Virus record (IMG/VR): IMGVR_UViG_3300037479_000046
Span: 1-30,849 of that record
Source: a virus
Lineage: Duplodnaviria > Caudoviricetes
Length of the DNA stretch: 30,849 nucleotides
Reading direction: 5' to 3' (one strand)
Each line of letters begins with the position of its first letter. Positions within the stretch are counted from its first letter, which is position 1. Made by a program: the position numbers and the translations under genes. The notes under the pieces were generated by a model, which did not search any database, was not told where the DNA came from, and saw nothing but the letters and a program-made list of their open reading frames with translations. Below are positions 7,452-15,600 of the stretch, one piece after another.

Positions 7452-8128
7452 CTCGCGCAATGCTGCACCTCGGCGACTATCGCGACACGCTGGCCGACGT
7501 CTCTGCGCAAGCGGTCATCGTCGACCCGCCCTACGGGGAGCGCACGTACGTCGGCAACGCCGGGCGCGCAATCGTCGACACGGGACGGCGCCAGATCTCG
7601 TATACGTTCTGGACTCCGCTGGCCGTGCACGGGTTCGTGCAGTTCTGGTCGCCGCGGTGCTCGGGCTGGATCGCTGCGATGACGTCGGACGACCTCATAC
7701 CGGTGTGGCGCGCGGCCTATGCGGCCGTCGGGCGCCTCGACTTTGCCCCGGTGCCGATCGTCGCGCCTCGCGTGCGTCTTAGTGGCGACGGGCCGGCGAG
7801 TTCGGCGGTGTATCTGATGGTCGCGCGGCCAAGAGAAAAACGCTTCACGTCGTGGGGCGCGCTGCCCGGCTGGTACGAGGCGCCGGTCGAGCGCGACGGG
7901 CACATCGGCGGCAAGCCGATCGGGCTCATGCGCGCCATCGTGCGCGACTATTCCAGGGCCGGCGACCTCGTGTGCGATCCGTGCGCCGGCTTCGGCACGA
8001 CGCTGCTTGCCGCGCGGATCGAGGGGCGATCCTCCGTCGGCGCTGAGATCGATGCGAGCGCGCACGCCGAGGCCGTGAGGCGACTAGATGGGGCGTATGC
8101 ACCTGACCTATTCGCGGGGGTCACATGA
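7448..8128 (+). CDS. DNA amino-methyltransferase (N6-A/N4-C, beta class)
   Basis: DPPY near N-terminus; KPIGLMRAIV, GDLVCDPCAGFGTT, GAEID near C-terminus; GTG 7448 overlaps mom stop. Confidence 0.92.
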   Translation: MTRAMLHLGDYRDTLADVSAQAVIVDPPYGERTYVGNAGRAIVDTGRRQISYTFWTPLAVHGFVQFWSPRCSGWIAAMTSDDLIPVWRAAYAAVGRLDFAPVPIVAPRVRLSGDGPASSAVYLMVARPREKRFTSWGALPGWYEAPVERDGHIGGKPIGLMRAIVRDYSRAGDLVCDPCAGFGTTLLAARIEGRSSVGAEIDASAHAEAVRRLDGAYAPDLFAGVT

Positions 8129-8331
8129 CGACGACGAGGCAAACCTACAACGAGATCGTCGCCGAGCTGCAGCGCGCCTTGCGCGACGACGCCGTCGGCG
8201 ATCTGTTCGAGGCGGGCGGCTCTATTCGTCGCGCGCAAGTCCTCCTCGGCCAGTGGAGGCGTTCTGTCAACGATCGCATGGCGGCGACCATCAAAGACGA
8301 CGTCGTGCCGCCGTGGGAGCGCGCGGAATGA
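8125..8331 (+). CDS. Hypothetical protein (68 aa)
   Basis: ATGA coupling at both ends. Confidence 0.65.
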   Translation: MTTTRQTYNEIVAELQRALRDDAVGDLFEAGGSIRRAQVLLGQWRRSVNDRMAATIKDDVVPPWERAE

Positions 8332-8645
8332 TCTCCCTGAGGCAACGAGCGAACGACGTCCGCGCGATGCTCGACTTTATGTTGAGCGAACACGACGCCG
8401 AGACGCGCGACCTCGTCACGCAGATCGATCGGCTCAAGGCCGCGCTGGCGGCGATGCGCGACGAGCGCGACGCCGCGCGCGATGCGGTTGACCTCCTGCT
8501 GCCCGTCGCGCGCGCCGGCGTGCGGCACACGCCGGAGTGCCTCGCCGCGATGGATCTCACGCAGCAATGCGCGTGCGGATACGACGCGCGCGAGGCGCCG
8601 ATTCTGCGCGCGATCGATCGAATGAAGGGAACGACCAATGGGTAG
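8328..8645 (+). CDS. Hypothetical coiled-coil protein with H...C...CxC motif
   Basis: ATG 8328 overlaps upstream stop; heptad-like segment then HTPEC...CACG. Confidence 0.65.
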   Translation: MISLRQRANDVRAMLDFMLSEHDAETRDLVTQIDRLKAALAAMRDERDAARDAVDLLLPVARAGVRHTPECLAAMDLTQQCACGYDAREAPILRAIDRMKGTTNG

Positions 8646-8961
8646 AGAGACGGCGATCGAATGGACGCATCACACATTCAACCCGTGGCATGGGTGCGAC
8701 GCTGCGCCGCGGCGGTTCTTCGGCGACAACCACTGGCGCGAGCCTTTGCGCTGGGATGTCGAGGCGCGCGCGGCCGGCGTTGCATGGGCGCGCGACATCA
8801 TGGCGCAATGCGCGTTCGCGTGCGTGCCCGTGTTCGTCAAGCAGATGGGCGCTCGTCCAGTAGGCGCCGTGCTCGATGTCGTGCGGCTCGATCGCAAGGG
8901 CGGCGACCCGTCGGAATGGCCGCCTGACCTGCGTGTGCGGCAGTTACCGGGTACGGCATGA
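8638..8961 (+). pseudogene. Internally deleted Gp37Gp68/DUF5131-family gene (frame still open, 107 aa)
   Basis: Family N-terminus (TAIEWTHHTFNPWHGC) and C-terminus (WARDIMAQC..ACVPVFVKQMG...KGGDPSEWPPDLRVRQLP) are present; the Cys cluster and central core are missing. Confidence 0.75.
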
Positions 8962-9644
8962 AGCGCAAGCGCATGGCGCCAGACATCGAGCGCGCGTTTG
9001 CGCTCGCCAGCGGTTTCGCGCGGCACGGGGCTGCGTTCGTCGCGATCGACCCGGGCGCCAGCACCGGCTGGGCGATGACCTGTGCGTACGACTTGATCGA
9101 GAGCGGCCAGGACGCGCCGGCAGACGCGGCGCGGGCCGTTCTCGATACGCTCGGGGACCGCCCGATCGCGCTGCTCGCCGTCGAGGAGCCGTTCCTTGTC
9201 GGCCGCGGGGCCCAGTGGCGCCTGCCGTGGGCGGCCGGCGAGGTGCGCGGGCGACTGGCCGCACACCAAGTCGACGAGTCGTGTCTTTGGACGCCTAAGC
9301 CGGTCGTCTGGCGCGCCGTGCTCGGGTTCGCGCGCGGGAGGCGCGACGACGTCAACGCGGCGATCCATGCCTGGGCCGAGGACCGCGTCCGGGCGCCTCT
9401 GCGCCGTTCCGGCGGGGCGCCCGAGGCGGATCGAGCGAACGCGATCGCTTTGTTGTGCGCCTCGCTGGCCGTTTGCGCTACGGTTGTTGCTGGGCGGCAA
9501 CACGGAGGAAGCAATGGCGATCGGGAACACGTTCCAGGTAGTGAAGGCCCCTTGTCGGATCGAAAGCGTCACGTTCGCAAAGGCGAAGCCGAAGAGTGCG
9601 AACGACAACGGGGCGGGGGTCAAGAAACTCAAACTGTGGATTGA
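8958..9644 (+). CDS. RuvC-like Holliday junction resolvase
   Basis: VAIDPGASTGWA, LAVEEPF, P..WRAVLG and DRANAIAL in RuvC order; last 131 nt overlap the next gene. Confidence 0.8.
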   Translation: MKRKRMAPDIERAFALASGFARHGAAFVAIDPGASTGWAMTCAYDLIESGQDAPADAARAVLDTLGDRPIALLAVEEPFLVGRGAQWRLPWAAGEVRGRLAAHQVDESCLWTPKPVVWRAVLGFARGRRDDVNAAIHAWAEDRVRAPLRRSGGAPEADRANAIALLCASLAVCATVVAGRQHGGSNGDREHVPGSEGPLSDRKRHVRKGEAEECERQRGGGQETQTVD

Positions 9645-10062
9645 CGCGAGCGGTGACGACCTCGTGCGCAGCGTCGTCCCGCTGTTCGCGGGCGTGATCG
9701 ACGAGCACACGGCACACCGCGTGGCGAGCGAGGACGGACCCGGATTCGAGGTGCGCAGCAAGCGCAAGATGGGCTTGTCGAACGTGAAGGTCCACGACAC
9801 GCAGGGGGCGGTCCTATTCGAGTCCCCGATTGCGCGCGTCGAGCGGCCGAAGTTTATCATCGGCAAGAGCGCAAAGACGGCGTGGCTCGTGCTCGACGTA
9901 GAAATGGCGATCCCCAAGAGGGCGTTGTCGATCGTCGACGACTATTTCCGCGCCGACGTCCTCGCATCCATCGCAAACGCGCAGATGGATCTCGAGGACG
10001 AAGCGAAGGCGAAGGTCGACGCCGCGAAGGCAAAGAACGGCAAGCGGCGCGGGGCGAAATGA
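9514..10062 (+). CDS. Hypothetical protein, Lys-rich, basic C-terminal tail
   Basis: GGAGG at 9504-9508 then ATG 9514; protein-like composition; ATGA coupling to next gene. Confidence 0.8.
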   Translation: MAIGNTFQVVKAPCRIESVTFAKAKPKSANDNGAGVKKLKLWIDASGDDLVRSVVPLFAGVIDEHTAHRVASEDGPGFEVRSKRKMGLSNVKVHDTQGAVLFESPIARVERPKFIIGKSAKTAWLVLDVEMAIPKRALSIVDDYFRADVLASIANAQMDLEDEAKAKVDAAKAKNGKRRGAK

Positions 10063-10361
10063 TGCTGCGCCTCGGTCCTTGGATCCGCGCGCGCCGCGTC
10101 GAGCGGGGCGTTGACGTCGCCGACGCGGCGACGCGGCTGGGGCTCACGGTCGAGGCGATGACTGACGTCGAGGCCGGCGCTCGGCTCATGCCGCATCCGG
10201 CGCTCGTCGACTACGCGGCGCTCGCGCAGCTGCTCCTCGACGAGCCGACGCTTGATGCCGTCGTCGTGCTCCGCGCAGAAATGTACGCTCTCTATGACGA
10301 GGATAGGCGCCGATGGGACAAGCGAGACGCGAGCCGCCCGCGGCCGACGGACGACCGCTGA
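10059..10361 (+). CDS. XRE/Cro-family HTH protein
   Basis: LGPWIRARRVERGVDVADAATRLGLTVEAMTDVEAG is a typical XRE HTH. Confidence 0.85.
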   Translation: MMLRLGPWIRARRVERGVDVADAATRLGLTVEAMTDVEAGARLMPHPALVDYAALAQLLLDEPTLDAVVVLRAEMYALYDEDRRRWDKRDASRPRPTDDR

Positions 10362-10510
10362 CGCATCAGCAGCGACGGTGCCTCGGGCTCCTGCGAGCGG
10401 GGCGACGCGATCTGATCCGCGAGATCGTCGGATGGCAAAAGACGATTCGCAGCCTCGCCGCTCGTGGGCTCGTTTCCCACGACACCATCGACCGGATCAA
10501 CGCTCACTGA
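10313..10510 (+). CDS. Small putative winged-helix protein
   Basis: LTHQQRRCLGLL...KTIRSLAARGLV pattern; GAGG upstream. Confidence 0.5.
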   Translation: MGQARREPPAADGRPLTHQQRRCLGLLRAGRRDLIREIVGWQKTIRSLAARGLVSHDTIDRINAH

Positions 10511-10808
10511 GCCGTCGCATGCGCGTCAGTAGCGCCGCGCGGGACCTGTCGACCAGCTCCTCGGCGGCTCGCACGTTGCCTGCGTGCGCTCGCAGGCGTG
10601 TCTGGAGCGCAAGGATCTCGTCGAGTTGTTCTCGTGTGATCGCGCCTATGAATACGAGCGCATCGCCGATACGTCGCCCCTCCCTCGCGGCGACGTCGGA
10701 TGCCATCGCGAGGACGTCGTCGTCGACGAGGCAGAGTCGTTGCGCGAGCGCTCCGACGTCGACCATTGCGCGCATCGCCGCGTCTGCTTTGCGTCGCTCG
10801 TCGTTCAC
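10497..10808 (-). CDS. Stand-alone MshEN-motif protein (candidate c-di-GMP binder)
   Basis: Residues 46-69 RIGDALVFIGAITREQLDEILALQ fit the 24-aa MshEN consensus; preceded by a 5-aa linker and a degenerate 24-aa copy; AGAGGTG RBS. Confidence 0.78.
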   Translation of the reverse strand: MNDERRKADAAMRAMVDVGALAQRLCLVDDDVLAMASDVAAREGRRIGDALVFIGAITREQLDEILALQTRLRAHAGNVRAAEELVDRSRAALLTRMRRLSER

Positions 10809-10811
10809 GGC

Positions 10812-11144
10812 TCACCTCTTGAGCACGACGACGTCCAGAACTCGTTCGATCATTTCCTCGTTGCGCTTGAGCGTGCGCGTCATTTCGACGAACACCTCGG
10901 TCTGCTTGACCGCCATGTCGAGGAACTTCGTGCCGGCCATCTGGACCTGTCGGTACAGGTACCAGATGACGACCCCCTCCAATACGACGAGCGCGCCCAG
11001 GATCCCCTGTTTCAGCAGCTCCGCGGCGGCGGACGTCGCGACTTGCTCCGGGCCGGCGACGGGCTGAGCCCACGCGGGGCTGGCCGCGATGGCGGCGATG
11101 CACACGTTGATGATCGCGAGTGCGATCACGGGCCAGCGCTTCAC
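10812..11144 (-). CDS. Membrane protein, putative holin (BhlA-like) with N-terminal signal-peptide-like segment
   Basis: MKRW+hydrophobic run+AWA, second TM LLKQGILGALVVLEGVVIWYLYR, charged helical tail; lies at distal end of tail module; GGAGG RBS. Confidence 0.6.
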   Translation of the reverse strand: MKRWPVIALAIINVCIAAIAASPAWAQPVAGPEQVATSAAAELLKQGILGALVVLEGVVIWYLYRQVQMAGTKFLDMAVKQTEVFVEMTRTLKRNEEMIERVLDVVVLKR

Positions 11145-11152
11145 CGGTTACA

Positions 11153-11207
11153 CCCTCCGCTCCAACGTCGATCGTGATAGACGCGCGACGCAGACGCAAG
11201 CGGAGGG
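11153..11207. promoter_or_regulatory. 9-bp inverted repeat formed by the two divergent ribosome-binding sites
   Basis: CCCTCCGCT (11153-11161) and AGCGGAGGG (11199-11207), 37 nt apart. Confidence 0.5.
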
Positions 11208-11211
11208 ACGC

Positions 11212-12072
11212 ATGGGGACCGGATACTGGTACGCGCTTCCGGGGGCTGGGACTGCCCTCGGCGTCGTCGCGGGAGCTCTCGAGCGCCTCTTGCCCGTCGC
11301 CCCTGGTCTCGGGTTCGGCGGTACGAGCGGCGGCGGCCTCGTTGCCTTGGCGCTCGCCAGCGGCATGTCAGCGACCGAGATCGGCGACGTGCTGGACACG
11401 CTTCTGCGCCGAAAGGACCTGCTGGACAAGGGCTGGCCGTTCGACCAGTCGCCCGGGCTTTATCGTGGTGCGCGTATCGAGGGTTTTGCGCGCGATGTGT
11501 TCGGCGCCGAGACGCGGCTAGGCGACCTCAAGCATCCGGCGCGCGTATGCGCGTGGGATGCCTGGACATGCGAGCCGTGCGTCTTCGATAGCGTCGCACA
11601 CCGCGACGTTCTCGTGTGGCGCGCCGCGCGCGCGACGATGGCGATCGAGTTTTTCTTTGACCTCGTCCGCGCGCGCGCCGACAACGCAAGGCTCTACGGC
11701 GACGGCGGCCTCGTCGTAAACGTCCCGCACGGGCTCTGGGACGACAAGCCGGAACCGACGATCGGCGTGCGGTTCTCCGGGCAACACGCTGCGTTCGAGG
11801 TCGCAGCGCTGATCGAGAGTGCGTCGGGCAAGGCGCACCCGGCCCGCGTCTGCCCGGTGCGGACGTGGGCCGACCTCGTTCCAGCGGTCGCGCGCACGGC
11901 GCTGCGCACCGCGTCCGCGTCGTGGCCGTCTAAGAAAGCGGCGTTCCAGGAGGTCGTGCTGGAGAGCGCGGCCGACGGCATGGCGTTTGGGCTCGCCGCG
12001 CCAGAGGTCGAGCGCAGGCGCGACAGCGGACGTCGCTCCGGCGAGCGCGCGGCCGAACGATTCAAGTCGTGA
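11212..12072 (+). CDS. Patatin-like phospholipase
   Basis: Nucleophile elbow GTSGG, catalytic DGG (YGDGGLVVNVP), Gly-rich N-terminal loop; GGAGG at 11202-11206. Confidence 0.9.
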   Translation: MGTGYWYALPGAGTALGVVAGALERLLPVAPGLGFGGTSGGGLVALALASGMSATEIGDVLDTLLRRKDLLDKGWPFDQSPGLYRGARIEGFARDVFGAETRLGDLKHPARVCAWDAWTCEPCVFDSVAHRDVLVWRAARATMAIEFFFDLVRARADNARLYGDGGLVVNVPHGLWDDKPEPTIGVRFSGQHAAFEVAALIESASGKAHPARVCPVRTWADLVPAVARTALRTASASWPSKKAAFQEVVLESAADGMAFGLAAPEVERRRDSGRRSGERAAERFKS

Positions 12073-12622
12073 TTGCCCGCGCGCTGGCGATCGTCACGCC
12101 GGGGTCTGCGGCGATCAGAGTCTCGCGCTGCACAGTCACGGCGAGCGCGGCCTCCGCCGTCTGCGCCGATAGGATCTGCGCGATCCCCTCGTAGTATCCA
12201 TCGATCGCGAGGTTGATCCACGACCAACACGTTTCGATGTGCGCGGCGCGATCGACGAGCGGCGGGACGAGAGACGTCGCCTCCGCGAACATAAAAGTTA
12301 ACGTGCGTTGTGTCGTGTCGAGATAGCGCTCTTCAACGAGCGCGCGCGTCGTCCAATACAGTCGCTCTGCGGCGATCCATTGCGCAGTCTGGAGGTCTGG
12401 CTCACCCAGCGCGGCGCCATCGTCGCTTCGTATGTCGTCATTCGACGGCGGCCCATCGAGAAGCTCCCACGGTGGCGCAATGTCGTCGGACCATGATCCG
12501 CCGGTTGTGTCTGCATCGAGTCCGAGGTCAGGCGCAGGCAAAGAGCGCGGGTGATCCTCGGCCGGGGCGCCACGCTCCGCAAGCATGGCATTGATCACCT
12601 CGTGCGGGTTTCCTCGGTCCAT
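12062..12622 (-). CDS. Putative tail-fibre assembly/chaperone-like protein
   Basis: Position after tail-tip gene; helical C-terminus ending ...QILSAQTAEAALAV as in tail assembly proteins. Confidence 0.5.
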   Translation of the reverse strand: MDRGNPHEVINAMLAERGAPAEDHPRSLPAPDLGLDADTTGGSWSDDIAPPWELLDGPPSNDDIRSDDGAALGEPDLQTAQWIAAERLYWTTRALVEERYLDTTQRTLTFMFAEATSLVPPLVDRAAHIETCWSWINLAIDGYYEGIAQILSAQTAEAALAVTVQRETLIAADPGVTIASARAITT

Positions 12623-12625
12623 TTA

Positions 12626-15600
12626 TCACTCCGCAAGGCCAAGACGAACATTCCACCATGTCCGCGCCTCGCCGCCTGTCGTATCGCCGAGGTGGAAGAT
12701 CGTCGCAGGCCCGAGGTTCGCGCGGAACCATTCGAGCGTCAGCCGATCACCGCGCTGGAGCTCCGCGCGCGTCGAGAGCAAAACAGGGCTGACGCTGTGA
12801 TTGGCGAACGTCGGGAGCAACAACGGGTCATAAGTGCCGGCAGGGACCCACACGCCTCCGTTTGCCTGCGCAATGACCGAGCCGCCCGTGTTGTTCGGTG
12901 ACGCGAGCGACGTGTACGTCGCGTTTCTGACAATGCGCGCCATCGGCGCGAGCGCGGCGCCTGGCGCTGTGCTGTTCACGATCAGCGCGACCGCCGCTGT
13001 GATCAGATACGTACCCGGCTCCTTCGCGTAGAAGCCGTTACCAAGGAACGTCCCTGGACCGAACAGCACCTCGACCGTCCCGTCCTCGCGCGGGATGGTC
13101 ACGCCACCCCCTCCGGAGACGAAGTGGTTGTGCCCCCAATCGTGCGTGCGAAATACGACGGTAGACCCGGGCGCACGGAGTGCGACGTTGTACCAAGCGT
13201 TTAACGGCGCCGCCGGGAGCACCCACGGATTCAGGCAGAACGTCCGGTCTTCGCGCGCGGTGCGGTAGATCGCGACGGTGTCGACGACGATAGCGGTCGG
13301 GAATGCGTGCGTGCCGTCCGTGTCGGCGCGGATGCCGATGCGCACGAAGCGCGCCGTGGACACCAGCCCAGTCGCATCGTCGATCGGACAAATGCCGTCG
13401 ACGCGCGACGTGAACCACGTCCCGTTGGCGATGACCGGCGCATCAGGGAACTGATACGGCGGCGTCGTCGCCGTGCGCGGCCGGCGCACGCATGTCGCGA
13501 CTACGGTTGTCCCGTCGGCCGCGAGCCATTCGATCAACAACTCAACACGCTTCGGCGCAGGCGGGAGCGCAAACGGGGCCGGCCACTGCCAATGCACCTC
13601 AAAGCTGTATGGCGTGTCGATCGACCCAAGGATCGGGATGTTCTGACAGCGCAGCGTCGCCGTCGCGGTGTTCAGCGACACAGCGCGGCCGCCCGACAGT
13701 GTCACGCCCTCGACGGCGCTAGCGTCCGTGCCCCACGTACCGATCGCCATCGTCCACGAGTCGGGCGGGTAGGCGTTGCCTCGAGAGAAGCGCGCGAAAT
13801 CACCGTTCTTCACCTCGACGAACTTTGTCCCGCCGAGGTAAATGCTTCGATCGACCATGTCCAGCAGACCCGGCAGCAGCGAACCGATGCCGCGTCCTGT
13901 CAGCGCCTCACCGGGGTTTCGGATCGGTGGACGCCCGTTGCGCCCTGCCTCGATTGAAAGCCACCTGTTGAACCCGGCCGCCGGCTTTCCCTGCGCGTCG
14001 AGCGACGTGCGGCACCCGTCGGCAGTGAACGTGTGGCGCACCGAACGAACGGCGCCCTCCTGATTCACCGTCGTGCGGATGCCGTCCGGTTGCATCAGCA
14101 ACACGTCGTGCGCCTCGATCTCTGGGACCCCGGCAAGGTCGTGCGTTGTCCGCCGCAGCGGGAATGCGAGGTCGTCCACGATCGCCGTCGCCATGCGCGA
14201 CGCCTCAACGGTCGTGTCGATCTGTGAAGACTGGTCCTCGATGACTTCCATTTCGCGTAGGTCGAACTGCGCGACGCTTGTCGCGTTCTGGACAAAGACG
14301 CTGTTTGGGCTGGCGAGGCCCTGGTCTGTCGGCAGGCCGACGGAAAAGCGATCGGGGAACGTCACGGTCACTTGATTGCGCACGCCGCTGGCGTCCTGCG
14401 CGCCGCGTGTCGTTCGCATGACGTCGCGTTCAGCGATGACTGCGTCACAGTCGACGCGCCCGCGTCCCGGGTCAAACATCGTCAGGCGGTGGAGCGACGT
14501 AGACGGGTCCCAGCGCGCACGGCAATCCCATCCGATCTGGCCGGCGAGCGTGCGCAGCGTCGGGAGAAGATGCCCGCGGGGCACGTTCCGCGCGTCTGGC
14601 GTAGGCGGGACCATGCAACTCTGCGTGGGGATCGGCGTGTAGAGCGTCGCGAACGCTCCGAACGCTCCTGCGCCGCCGTTGTCGTCGATCACGCGCTGCA
14701 TGACGGTCTCGCGTCCGCCGGCCGTCGGCCCGCACCCGTTCGAGCCGAGGTCGCCCGTGGCCGGGTACGAGCGCTCCGCGTTGATGTACCGCTCTGCCAT
14801 GCGCGCGCCCTCGTCGCGGCACGAGATCGTAACGCGCTCGCCGCCGTCGTCGATCTCGTCGATGCGGCCTTCAAACCGCGTCTCCCAATCCGTCGCGGTC
14901 GGCGTGATCCATGTTGGCACGCGCGCCGCGTCCAACCGCGCCGGTCTCCACACACCGAGAAACGGTGTGAAGCTGGGTGAGAGTGACGGGTTGTTGAGCA
15001 CCGAGTCACCGCGCAGCGGAGCAAGCGAAATGTCTCCGCTCTCACGGAACATGGTTGCGACGATTTGATCGGTCTGGTCGTCGATTGAAGTCGTGTACTC
15101 GACGGATTCAACGAAGTCGTCGCCGACAACGGTTGGGTCGGTGAGGTCTCGGTAAACGGCGCTCTGATCCTGAACGAATAGCCGAGCGTATTGAGCCGTC
15201 GGGAGCGCGAGCCCGGCTCCACGACGCCAGATTTCTTCAACCTCCGGGTTCGACATGACGCCGGACTGCGCGTGCCACGAGCACACATGCCCCGTGATAC
15301 CCCTGGCTATGAGGATGCCGGTGGCATTGACGACACCGCCGACGGTCCAGCGCTGCGTCGCGAGCGCTGCGGAGCTGCTATTTGCCTGTGCCGTGAACGT
15401 CTGGACCACGCGGCCATTCACGAGACACTCGTAAGTGAACGGAGCCCCGACGCTCTTTCGCCATGTCAGCAGAATCCAGCGCCCAAGAAAGCGGCGGAAG
15501 TCGACCGTGGTCACGAGCGCGCTGTGATCGACCCCGGCACCATCTTCCCAAAAGAGACGAGCACGCACCTCGCCGTTCGCGCCGGGATACGGAACAACGC

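Noticed and set aside
692-9917. Many long - strand ORFs over the early arm (e.g. 692..1843, 6225..7223, 8670..9917)
   Set aside because: They overlap well-supported + strand genes and lack recognisable motifs or RBS.
10812-11144. Lipoprotein o-spanin
   Set aside because: The Cys context INVC is not a lipobox; an AWA signal-peptidase-I-like site and a second TM fit better.
10497-12072. Complete CBASS system
   Set aside because: No CD-NTase or Cap2/3 genes are present in the window.
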